Below, piece by piece: positions 27,859 to 36,230 of a stretch of DNA of 58,388 nucleotides. Each line of letters opens with the position of its first letter. The first letter of the stretch is position 1. Location of the stretch: the NCBI GenBank assembly GCA_043797665.1, contig JAZDPL010000027.1:1-58388 (forward strand). Reading direction: 5' to 3'. This stretch comes from Candidatus Omnitrophota bacterium. GTDB lineage: Bacteria > Ratteibacteria > UBA8468 > MWAK01. The position numbers and the translations under genes are program-made. Under the pieces are notes generated by a model. It had not been told where the DNA came from, did not search any database, and was given only the letters and a program-made list of their open reading frames with translations.

Positions 27859-28282
27859 AATAAAAATAATAAAAGATAAATTGGCTAAGATTGTTCAGTT
27901 TTTGAAGGAGTTAGAAAAAGTAAAGCCAAAAGGAACGTTGCACGAATATGTTTCCAATCCGGCGATAAGACGTTCCTGCGAAAGATTAATTCAACTTATC
28001 GTCGAAAGCGCTGCTGATATTAATACCCAGGCAATTATTGGTTCAGACGAGACACCTCCTGAGGATTACTACGATACCTTTATTAAAGCAGAGGGCGTTG
28101 GATTCATCTCCCCCACACTTGCCAAAAGGTTAGCGCCCTGGGCAGGGTTACGGAATAGGATCGTTCACGAATACCAGGACATCAAGGATAAATTAGTTTT
28201 TGAGAAAATAGAACCCACCCTCCAGAACTTTTCAGAATACGTCCGCGAAGCACAACATTTCATTGAGAAATCGGAGTCTTGA
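27851..28282 (+). CDS. HEPN-domain toxin (HepT/DUF86-like)
   Basis: R-X4-H-X-Y motif (RNRIVHEY). Overlaps the MNT gene. Confidence 0.88.
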   Translation: MVEIKIIKDKLAKIVQFLKELEKVKPKGTLHEYVSNPAIRRSCERLIQLIVESAADINTQAIIGSDETPPEDYYDTFIKAEGVGFISPTLAKRLAPWAGLRNRIVHEYQDIKDKLVFEKIEPTLQNFSEYVREAQHFIEKSES

Positions 28283-28283
28283 A

Positions 28284-28304
28284 GAAAAAAAGCCCACTGA
28301 AACC
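28284..28304 (+). repeat. AraC-3'-end direct repeat, copy 5 (3' half only)
   Basis: gaaaaaaagcccactgaaacc. Confidence 0.8.
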
Positions 28305-28326
28305 GTTGGAGGGATGCAGAGGAAAG

Positions 28327-28554
28327 TCAATTTAAACGGTATTGCCTTGGACCAAGAATTTCAATCTTCCCTTCCCGTTGCCATCTTTCCCAGCGTACTT
28401 TAGTCATAAGGAAAAGAACCTCCTGGTCTTTTCTTTTCCGTGGTCTTCCGCCAATTTTTCTCTGCTTTTTTTCGGAAGAAGTTAATCGGAGCCGAATTTC
28501 AGCAAATTTGGCTAAGTTTTTCCGGTAATAGTTATCAAAATCAATCCTGCGCAT
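28327..28554 (-). CDS. Small basic hypothetical protein, partner of the nucleotidyltransferase
   Basis: 75-aa ORF starting 2 nt after the upstream stop. AAGGAG SD lies in the upstream gene end. Confidence 0.6.
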   Translation of the reverse strand: MRRIDFDNYYRKNLAKFAEIRLRLTSSEKKQRKIGGRPRKRKDQEVLFLMTKVRWERWQREGKIEILGPRQYRLN

Positions 28555-28556
28555 CT

Positions 28557-29129
28557 TTACTCCTTCCGGACACGGTCCTTAAATCTTTTCAGCGCTTTCA
28601 AAGTCTTTTCTTGTAAAGACCGGTTTTCTAAATACGACCAGTCAATTTCTGAAGCATGAATCTTCATCAACTGTTCAACCAACTCCCCATCTTTAGTTGA
28701 TTTCCAATAAACATAAGCATTAAGCCGGTCTATTATCAAATCCTCAATGCCAATCAAATAGACGATCAAGTCTTCTATTTTTACTTCCACAATTTTAGAC
28801 TCATTATCGCCGGCCAACGAAGCCGCCGGTATTTCGATTTCCAGGTCAATCTCGGGTAAGAACCAATGTCTTCCTACTTTCCGGAATCCCCAAGATTTCA
28901 ACAACTTATCGATGATTTCGTAACCGGGCGAAGCTAAATCAACATCACTGGTGGCATAAGTGCCTAACGTATAAAATTCTACCGCATTTCCTCCTACTAT
29001 AATGGGCCTGATTCCTCTATTTTTTAAGTATTTAGTCAGGATGCCGACAAAATATAAGCGCTGCTTAAAAGGAGGCGTGATGTTAAAGAGCCGTTTGAAT
29101 TCCAAAGGCTTAACCGAATTTTTACTCAT
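28557..29129 (-). CDS. Nucleotidyltransferase-fold protein
   Basis: IIVGGNAVEFY...ATSDVDL (GG...DxD) and EDLIIDRL. Start placed at MSKN because a promoter lies directly upstream. Confidence 0.72.
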   Translation of the reverse strand: MSKNSVKPLEFKRLFNITPPFKQRLYFVGILTKYLKNRGIRPIIVGGNAVEFYTLGTYATSDVDLASPGYEIIDKLLKSWGFRKVGRHWFLPEIDLEIEIPAASLAGDNESKIVEVKIEDLIVYLIGIEDLIIDRLNAYVYWKSTKDGELVEQLMKIHASEIDWSYLENRSLQEKTLKALKRFKDRVRKE

Positions 29130-29136
29130 CAAAAAA

Positions 29137-29166
29137 ATTATAGCATGATACAGCCAAGGAAGACAA
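29137..29166 (-). promoter_or_regulatory. Sigma70-type promoter of the inverted nucleotidyltransferase module
   Basis: Minus strand TTGTCT, 18-nt spacer, TATAAT with TG extension. ATG is 7 nt downstream and the -35 abuts repeat copy 6. Confidence 0.7.
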
Positions 29167-29207
29167 CCTCCCCCCCACCGAATACCGGAAAAAAGCACAC
29201 TGAAACC
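29167..29207 (+). repeat. AraC-3'-end direct repeat, copy 6
   Basis: cctcccccccaccgaataccggaaaaaagcacactgaaacc, which translates LPPTEYRKKAH*. Confidence 0.92.
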
Positions 29208-29286
29208 GAAATTCAGCCCTTGTATTTCACCGGCCGGTATGCAATAATAATGAGATTAAAATTATGATTCTTATCAGGGAGGAAAT

Positions 29287-32200
29287 GTGGAACGGGAAGA
29301 ATTGATTGGAGGATTTAAGGAACCGGGGCCGGAGTACCGGAGCGCACCTTTCTGGTCCTGGAACGAAAAGATGAAACCGGCAGAAGTATGCCGGCAATTG
29401 GATTTGATGAAACAGGGCGGATACGGCGGCGGATTTATGCACAGCCGGGTCGGCTTGATTACACCTTATTTAGGCAAGGAGTGGATGAAGGCGATAAAGG
29501 CTGGCATTGATTATGCAAAAAAGAATAACCTCCTGGCATACCTCTACGATGAAGACCGCTGGCCCTCGGGTTTTGCCGGAGGGCTGACGACCAAAAAGAA
29601 AGAGTGTCAGTCACAGATTCTGGCAGCAAGAAAAGTTAAGAAGAGGAATACTCCGTCTGCTAACGCAGACACCCCTTTACAAAAGGGGAAGTGGTCATTT
29701 AAGGTGGAGACTGCACCGGCAACCGAGTGGTTTAATAACACCCCTTATCTCAATACTTTAAAAAAAGAGGCGGTGGCTGAATTTCTCAGAAATACCTATG
29801 ACGTTTACGCTAAAGAAGCAGGCAAGGAATTCGGTAAGAGCGTACCGGCCATCTTTACCGATGAACCAAACTATATTTGCTGCTGGGGCGGGGGTACAAA
29901 AAGGGTTGAAACATTTTTCCTCCCTTACACCGACGAACTCCCGTCTCTCTTCCGGAAAGAGTACGGCTACGAAATAGAACCAAACTATGTTTCTCTCTTT
30001 GAAAAATCCGGCAACTGGAAAAAGGTGCGTCATCATTACTGGCGCTTGGTGGCGAAACTCTTTCAGGAAAACTTCGGCAGGCAGATATACGACTGGTGTG
30101 AAGAACACCATATCGCCTTAGCCGGTCACTATCTGGCGGAAGACAACCTGGAATCACAGACTTCGGTTATCGGCGCGGCAATGCCCCTTTACGAATATAT
30201 GCAGATTCCGGGCGTTGACCATCTCTGTAATAATATTCGCGACCTTCTCACCCTAAAACAGTGTTCCTCTGCGGCGCACCAGTTAGGCAAAAACAGGGTT
30301 CTCTCGGAACTGTACGGCTGCAGCGGTCAGAATATGACCTTTCTGGACCGGAAATGGATTGGCGACTGGCACTTTGCCTTAGGAATTAACCTTTTCTGTC
30401 CCCACCTGTGGCTTTACTCTATGGCGGGCTGCCGAAAACGTGACTACCCGCCTACCCTCTCCTACCAGCAGCCCTACTGGCTTGACAATAAACCCCTGGA
30501 AGACTACTTCAGCCGGACCGCTTACCTCCTTTCCCGGGGTAAATTTGTGGCGGATATTCTGGTGTTACATCCGATAGAAAGCGGTTTCATGCTCTTTGAA
30601 CCAGGAAAACCCTGCCGCCAGAACAAAGAAATCTGGCAGATGAACGACTCTTTCGTCTCTTTGTTGGAAGAACTACTGGCTAACCACTTTGAGTTTGACT
30701 TAGGAGACGAGACGCTCCTTGCCAGACATGGCAAATCTTCTGAAGAACGCTTAACCGTAGGCCAGATGACTTATCGGGTAGTGGTACTCCCGGAGATGTT
30801 AACCATCCGCCGGACGACCTTTGACCTTCTTCTGAAATTCATCAATGCCGGCGGAAAAGTGTACGCCTTAAAAACTCTTCCGGAATTAATAGAAGGCGAA
30901 AAAGACGAAACGGCGCTGAAAACCTTGAGAGAAAAAATCAGGGTTGTACCGGACATCACCAACCTCCTTTCGGAATTAGAGAAGGCTTTGCCGGAGAGAA
31001 TCAGCGTAAAGGATGGCGAAGTAGAAGCCAAAAACATATACCTTTATCGCAAACGGATTTCTGACAAGGAAGAGGTTATCTTTTTAGCGAACACCAGTAA
31101 GAAGGATGGTTGCCAGGTGACTTTATCTTTGCCCCAGGCCGGTCTTCTGGAAAAATGTGATGGTTTTACGGGAAAGATTTCACCCGTGGAAGTTGAAAAA
31201 GACGGGAAAGGAATTAAAAAATCCCTGGATTTACCACCCGGCGGTAGTTCCTTATTGATGTTCCATCCGGATAAAGAACCGGTTTGGGCAGGGATAAAAA
31301 AGACGGAAGAAATACTAATCGCGGAAAGTTCTACCCGGGATTGGCAGGCGATGCCTCTTAATCCAAACAGTCTGACTCTGGATAATTGTGCCTATCGCCT
31401 GGGCAGACAAAAGTGGCAAAAGGCAATACCGGTTATAAAACTCCAGGGAATGCTGGAAAAAAATACCCCGTCTGCTAACGCAGACACCCCTTTACAAAAG
31501 GGGAATAAGAATAAGGCGATGCCGGTCAGTCTGCGGTTTACCTTTAAAACAGAACTCAAAGAAAAACCGAAAGACTGTTACCTTATTCTGGAGCGTCCGG
31601 AACAGTTCCGGATAACGATAAACGGGAAAAATGTTAAAAATAAAGACCTTGGCTTCTGGGTTGATACGGCGTTCCGGAAAATTGATATCAAGAACCTGCT
31701 CCGATTAGAAGGCGAAAATGTAATTGAACTGAAGACAAAGTTCAAACCTCCTAAAAAACCCAAAACACTTATCTTCCGGGAAGGCGGTACCGAGTTAGAG
31801 TCTATCTACCTGATGGGTGATTTTGGAGTTAAAGGACAGTTCTGCTCGGTAAGCGACGGGTTCTGGGCAAAAGGGTTCGTTATCACTTCCAAAACCGGGG
31901 CTGCACCGGTCAGCCTTATTGATAACGGTTATCCGTTTTACGCGGGCAGACTCCGTTATTCGGGGGCGATAAGGTGTAGTGCGACCATTTCAGGGTCGCC
32001 AGCAAATGGCTCCAGGTTCTTTTTAGAATTGGTTAAACCTTCAGCGATTACCCACCGGATAAAAATCAACGGAAAGGAGGCCGGCTTAATTTTATTACCG
32101 CCTTACCGGATAGAGGTAACCGGCTTATTAAAGGAAGGCGGAAACAGAATTGAAATTGAAGCCGCTACTTCCCTGCGCAATCTTTTGGGCCCGCATCACC

Positions 32201-32328
32201 ACAAGTTAGGAGAGGCACCGGATGGGGTAGGTCCAGGAAGTTTCTTAGTCCCTGAGCATTGGTCTGACGACTACCACTTAGTTCCCCTGGGGCTGAAGGG
32301 AATCAGGATCTATCTGGGTAAGATGTAG
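29287..32328 (+). CDS. GH106-like glycoside hydrolase
   Basis: Motifs RSAPFWSWN, FMHSRVGL, YLYDEDRWPSGFAGG, IFTDEP, PGVDHL, SELYG, RKRDYPP, RNLLGPHH. GGAGG precedes GTG. Confidence 0.8.
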   Translation: MEREELIGGFKEPGPEYRSAPFWSWNEKMKPAEVCRQLDLMKQGGYGGGFMHSRVGLITPYLGKEWMKAIKAGIDYAKKNNLLAYLYDEDRWPSGFAGGLTTKKKECQSQILAARKVKKRNTPSANADTPLQKGKWSFKVETAPATEWFNNTPYLNTLKKEAVAEFLRNTYDVYAKEAGKEFGKSVPAIFTDEPNYICCWGGGTKRVETFFLPYTDELPSLFRKEYGYEIEPNYVSLFEKSGNWKKVRHHYWRLVAKLFQENFGRQIYDWCEEHHIALAGHYLAEDNLESQTSVIGAAMPLYEYMQIPGVDHLCNNIRDLLTLKQCSSAAHQLGKNRVLSELYGCSGQNMTFLDRKWIGDWHFALGINLFCPHLWLYSMAGCRKRDYPPTLSYQQPYWLDNKPLEDYFSRTAYLLSRGKFVADILVLHPIESGFMLFEPGKPCRQNKEIWQMNDSFVSLLEELLANHFEFDLGDETLLARHGKSSEERLTVGQMTYRVVVLPEMLTIRRTTFDLLLKFINAGGKVYALKTLPELIEGEKDETALKTLREKIRVVPDITNLLSELEKALPERISVKDGEVEAKNIYLYRKRISDKEEVIFLANTSKKDGCQVTLSLPQAGLLEKCDGFTGKISPVEVEKDGKGIKKSLDLPPGGSSLLMFHPDKEPVWAGIKKTEEILIAESSTRDWQAMPLNPNSLTLDNCAYRLGRQKWQKAIPVIKLQGMLEKNTPSANADTPLQKGNKNKAMPVSLRFTFKTELKEKPKDCYLILERPEQFRITINGKNVKNKDLGFWVDTAFRKIDIKNLLRLEGENVIELKTKFKPPKKPKTLIFREGGTELESIYLMGDFGVKGQFCSVSDGFWAKGFVITSKTGAAPVSLIDNGYPFYAGRLRYSGAIRCSATISGSPANGSRFFLELVKPSAITHRIKINGKEAGLILLPPYRIEVTGLLKEGGNRIEIEAATSLRNLLGPHHHKLGEAPDGVGPGSFLVPEHWSDDYHLVPLGLKGIRIYLGKM
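29647..29690 (+). repeat. 44-bp intragenic double-hairpin repeat, copy 1 (encodes NTPSANADTPLQKG)
   Basis: 43/44 identical to 31462-31505. Hairpins GTCTGC-TAAC-GCAGAC and CCCCTTT-ACA-AAAGGGG. Confidence 0.9.
31462..31505 (+). repeat. 44-bp intragenic double-hairpin repeat, copy 2
   Basis: aataccccgtctgctaacgcagacacccctttacaaaaggggaa, giving the same peptide in frame. Confidence 0.9.
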
Positions 32329-32381
32329 GGGCTCAATTTATTGAGCCCGAAATCTGCGGGTCGGATGAATCCGACCCCTAC
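32325..32381. repeat. GTAG-type REP doublet between convergent genes; supplies the stop of 29287-32328
   Basis: GTAGGGGCTCA-ATTTAT-TGAGCCC...GGGTCGG-ATGAAT-CCGACCCCTAC. Confidence 0.85.
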
Positions 32382-32410
32382 ACTAACGGCATTTACTGAA
32401 TATTTACACG

Positions 32411-34270
32411 TCAGTGAAGGCGCAAAAAGAGTAAGGTAAGGTCACTGGCGCGGAGACCATCAATTCGCCTGGCTTCTTCCAAGGAGGTCGGCCGGAACTT
32501 CTTCAGTTTTTCTCTTCCTTCCGCGGATAAACCGGGGATTTTATCGTAGTCAAATCTTTCCGGAATCCTGGTCTTAAAATCGCGATTCATCTTTTCCGCT
32601 AATGAGCGGTCCTGGGCAAGGTATCCTTCGTACTTTATTTCGATTTCAACTGATTCCTTGACCCTGCGGAAATACATATCTTTATTGTAGGGGCTTGATT
32701 TATCAAGCCCGCGGGTCGGATAAATCCGACCCCTACATTTAGTGGGCGTAAGTTTCTCCAAATCCTGGTAGGAAACTTCCGGCCGGCGGAGATATTTTGC
32801 TAAACTTACGTTTTCGTTGGGCAAGGAAACGAAAGTTTTATTGAGCCTTTCTATCTCTTTTGCTATCGCCTGGCGCTGTTGGCACATCTTTTCGTAAATA
32901 TCTTTTGAAATCAGACCGAATTGATAGCCGTAGTCCATCAGCCGGAAATCCGCGTTGTCGCTCCGAAGAAGAAGCCGGTATTCTGCCCGGGAGGTAAAAA
33001 GCCGGTAAGGTTCGGAAATCTCCGTCATCGTGGTTAAGTCGCTGGCCATAACTCCTAAATAGGCTTCATCCCGTCCGGGCACAAAAGGTTCTTTCCCCTG
33101 GAGGCTCAACCCCGCATTAATTCCAGCCAGAAGACCCTGTCCGGCTGCTTCTTCGTAACCGCTGGTACCGTTAATCTGTCCGGCGAAGTAGAGTCCTTTA
33201 ACCTTTTTCGTCTCCATCGTAGGCTTTATCTGGTGGGGCGGGAAAAAATCATACTCCACCGCATAACCGAAACGGATAATCTGAACGTCTTCCAAGCCGG
33301 GAACGGTACGTAACGCTGCCTCCTGGACGTCCGCGGGAAGACTGGTGGAAAAACCGTTCACGTAGACCTCATCGGTAACGTATCCTTCCGGTTCCAGAAA
33401 AATCTGGTGTCTGGTCTTGTCCGGAAATTTCTTCACTTTTACTTCCAGGGACGGACAGTATCGGGGACCGGTCCCTTTGATTTGTCCGGTGTAAAGAGGA
33501 GCCCGGTCAAGATTCTCGTTAACGATACGAATTGTTTCCGGTGTGGTACGGGTAAGATAACAGGAAATCTGTTTCGGTGCGAAATCACGGGTGCGAAAAG
33601 AGAACGGGACCGGCTTTTCGTCCCCGGGCTGAACAATGAGATTGTTTAGATTCAGGGAACGAAAAGAAACCCGGGGGGGCGTTCCGGTCTTAAAACGCCG
33701 GACCTCAAACCCTGATTTTACTAAGGACTGACTCAGGTTTTGGGCCGGTTCCTCACCCATCCGGCCGCCCGGGATGATTGTTGGACCAAGGTGGAGAACC
33801 GCAGAAAGGAAAGTACCCGGTGCAATTATGACCGCCTTTGACTGACAGGTAATCCCTTCTCTGGTCCGGACGCCGGCCACTTTTCCGTCTTTGGACAGAA
33901 CCTCCTCCGCCATTCCCTGGCGCAGAATGAGGTTCTGTTCATTCTCTAATGTCCTGCGCACCAGGGTCTGGTATGCTTTCTTATCGCTCTGGGCTCGCGG
34001 ACTGAAGGCGGCCGGACCCTTTCCCTGGTTAAGAATATGGAACTGAATGCCAGTCTGGTCCGCCCATAATCCCATCATTCCGCCAAGCGCATCAATCTCG
34101 CGGACCAATTGACCTTTTGCCACGCCGCCGACAGCCGGGTTACAGGACATCTGGCCCACGGTATCTAAATTCATGGTCAGAATAAGAACCGAAAAACCCA
34201 TCCTGCCGGCAGAAAGAGCCGCTTCGCAACCCGCGTGACCGGCACCAACTACAATAATGTCAAACTCCAT
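32411..34270 (-). CDS. mnmG: tRNA uridine-5-carboxymethylaminomethyl(34) synthesis enzyme MnmG (GidA)
   Basis: Motifs GAGHAGCEAA, MSCNPAVGG, KTGTPPR, GPRYCPS, AGQINGTSGYEEAA, YRLFTSRAEYRL. Confidence 0.97.
   Translation of the reverse strand: MEFDIIVVGAGHAGCEAALSAGRMGFSVLILTMNLDTVGQMSCNPAVGGVAKGQLVREIDALGGMMGLWADQTGIQFHILNQGKGPAAFSPRAQSDKKAYQTLVRRTLENEQNLILRQGMAEEVLSKDGKVAGVRTREGITCQSKAVIIAPGTFLSAVLHLGPTIIPGGRMGEEPAQNLSQSLVKSGFEVRRFKTGTPPRVSFRSLNLNNLIVQPGDEKPVPFSFRTRDFAPKQISCYLTRTTPETIRIVNENLDRAPLYTGQIKGTGPRYCPSLEVKVKKFPDKTRHQIFLEPEGYVTDEVYVNGFSTSLPADVQEAALRTVPGLEDVQIIRFGYAVEYDFFPPHQIKPTMETKKVKGLYFAGQINGTSGYEEAAGQGLLAGINAGLSLQGKEPFVPGRDEAYLGVMASDLTTMTEISEPYRLFTSRAEYRLLLRSDNADFRLMDYGYQFGLISKDIYEKMCQQRQAIAKEIERLNKTFVSLPNENVSLAKYLRRPEVSYQDLEKLTPTKCRGRIYPTRGLDKSSPYNKDMYFRRVKESVEIEIKYEGYLAQDRSLAEKMNRDFKTRIPERFDYDKIPGLSAEGREKLKKFRPTSLEEARRIDGLRASDLTLLFLRLH
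32687..32736. repeat. GTAG-type REP doublet inserted in frame in mnmG
   Basis: GTAGGGGCTTG-ATTTAT-CAAGCCC-GC-GGGTCGG-ATAAAT-CCGACCCCTAC, read as CRGRIYPTRGLDKSSPY. Confidence 0.88.
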
Positions 34271-34277
34271 AACAATT

Positions 34278-34362
34278 TGTCACCCTGAGCCCTTCGCTTC
34301 GCTCGAGGGTAAACTCTGCGAAGGGTCTGAAAGAGAGATTCTTCGTTACACTCAGAATGACA
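34278..34362. repeat. Palindromic element with TGTCA...TGACA termini directly upstream of mnmG
   Basis: Imperfect terminal inverted repeat tgtcaccctgag/ctcagaatgaca. Internal cccttcgc...gcgaaggg stem. Confidence 0.65.
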
Positions 34363-34421
34363 TCCGAATTATTTTACCATAGTAGACATAAATACAGGAA
34401 AGGATTAAAATATTAGGTGTA

Positions 34422-36230
34422 ATGGTTCTGGAGAAAATAAGCCAGCCGGAGGATGTAAAAAAATTAACCCCTGAGGAGTTATCTACCCTTGCCTCCGAAA
34501 TCAGGCAGATGATTATTAAGGTCGTAGCCAGAAATGGGGGGCACCTCTCGTCAAACTTAGGAGTGGTGGAACTGACCATTGTCTTACACCGGCTCCTCAA
34601 TTTCGAAAAAGATACCCTCATCTGGGACGTAGGACATCAAACCTATACCCACAAAATTCTGACCGGAAGGAAAGACGCCTTTACCCGTCTGCGTACTTAC
34701 CGCGGCCTCTCCGGTTTTCCGGAACCGGACGAAAGCGCAACCGACCCTCTGCGCACCGGTCACTCCAGCACCTCAATCGCCACCGGTTTAGGTATCGCCT
34801 GCGCCAAAAAAGAAGGTAAAGTCGTTGCGGTCATCGGCGATGCTTCCCTGGGAGGCGGAGTTGCCTTTGAGGGACTTAACCAGGCCGCGGCAGAGAAAGC
34901 CAACCTTTGCGTTATCTTGAACGCCAACGAAATGGCTATTTCGCCTACTACCGGAGGGGTCGCCCTTTGCCTGACCCGGCTCATTACCAACCCGCACCTG
35001 GAATCTTTCCGGCAGCATACCCGCTCGCTTCTGCAAAAGATGCCTTTCTTAGGACCAGAGACGGTCAGTGTCTTTGAAAAAATGGAAGAAGGGGTTAAAA
35101 ACCTCCTGGGACCAGCGGCGCTCTTTGAAAGTATCGGTCTCCGGTACTTCGGACCATTTGACGGCCATAACCTGACGCAGTTAACCGAGGTGCTGGCAAA
35201 GGTCATGGAATTAACCGGTCCCAGATTGGTCCATATCGTTACCAAAAAAGGCAAGGGCTACCAACCGGCTGAAAAGGACCCGGAACGATTCCATTCCGCA
35301 GTACCGTTTGACATAACCACCGGGCAGCAAATTTCTCCACCTGTCAGAACCTACCGGGAAGTATTTTCAGAAACTTTGCTTACCCAGGCAGAAAAGAACC
35401 CCGAGATTTTCGCGGTCACCGCCGCGATGCCCAGAGGTGCCGGACTACAAACCTTCAAAGAAAGATTCCCGGCAAGGTTCTTTGACGTCGGCATCGCGGA
35501 ACAGGGAGCGGTCGCCTTTGCTTCCGGTCTGGCTAAGGCGGGAAAACATCCGGTTGTCGCGGTTTACGCTACCTTTTTTCAACGCGCCTTTGACCAGGTC
35601 TTCCAGGAGGTTTGCCTCCAAAGTCTACCCGTAACCTTTCTCTTACCCAATAGCGGCTTAGTGGGTGAAGATGGGTCCACCCACCACAGCCTCTTTTCCT
35701 TCTCGTATCTGCGTTCTCTGCCGAACCTGTCCGTACTGGCTCCGTTCTCTTATCAAGAGATGCGGCGTTTGCTGACAGAAGCACTCCAAACCCCTTCACC
35801 TGCCTTCATCCTCTTTCCCAAAGACGACGGACCGGAAGCCATCACTCTTTTAACGGAACCGGAACCTCTTATTTCGGTGGTGGCGGTGGGCAGTATCGCA
35901 GAAAATGCTTACCGGGCAACAAAACGATTGCAAGATGAAGGAATACCGATATCCTTTTTGCCCACTTCTGAAGTTAAACCGCTGAATGCAGAAATTATTG
36001 ACCGGGCGGCAAAAGCAAAGATACTGGTAACCGTAGAAGAAAATACTCTCTGCGGTGGTTTTGGCAGTGCGGTTTTGGAGCACCTTTCAAAAAATGGCCT
36101 AACGATTCCGGTAAAATTAATCGGAGCGCCGGACCGGTTCGTTACTTTTGGCACACGTACCGAACTTCTGGCGGAAATCGGCCTGGACGAAGAAGGAATC
36201 TATAAACAGATAAAATCTTTTAAACTGTAG
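34422..36230 (+). CDS. dxs: 1-deoxy-D-xylulose-5-phosphate synthase
   Basis: Motifs GGHLSSNLGVVELT, WDVGHQTYTHKILTGR, GHSSTSI, YFGPFDGH, DVGIAEQ, VGEDGSTHH. Confidence 0.95.
   Translation: MVLEKISQPEDVKKLTPEELSTLASEIRQMIIKVVARNGGHLSSNLGVVELTIVLHRLLNFEKDTLIWDVGHQTYTHKILTGRKDAFTRLRTYRGLSGFPEPDESATDPLRTGHSSTSIATGLGIACAKKEGKVVAVIGDASLGGGVAFEGLNQAAAEKANLCVILNANEMAISPTTGGVALCLTRLITNPHLESFRQHTRSLLQKMPFLGPETVSVFEKMEEGVKNLLGPAALFESIGLRYFGPFDGHNLTQLTEVLAKVMELTGPRLVHIVTKKGKGYQPAEKDPERFHSAVPFDITTGQQISPPVRTYREVFSETLLTQAEKNPEIFAVTAAMPRGAGLQTFKERFPARFFDVGIAEQGAVAFASGLAKAGKHPVVAVYATFFQRAFDQVFQEVCLQSLPVTFLLPNSGLVGEDGSTHHSLFSFSYLRSLPNLSVLAPFSYQEMRRLLTEALQTPSPAFILFPKDDGPEAITLLTEPEPLISVVAVGSIAENAYRATKRLQDEGIPISFLPTSEVKPLNAEIIDRAAKAKILVTVEENTLCGGFGSAVLEHLSKNGLTIPVKLIGAPDRFVTFGTRTELLAEIGLDEEGIYKQIKSFKL

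Noticed and set aside
29130..29198. N-terminal extension of ORF 28557-29198 from the ORF track
   Set aside because: It runs through repeat copy 6 and a good promoter, so ATG 29129 is the more plausible start.
25101..29207. CRISPR array or classical integron interpretation of the ~35-bp repeats
   Set aside because: Intervals are 0.8-1.4 kb and contain whole genes. The repeats are degenerate, lack attC-type inverted core sites and match AraC coding sequence. No cas or integrase gene is present.
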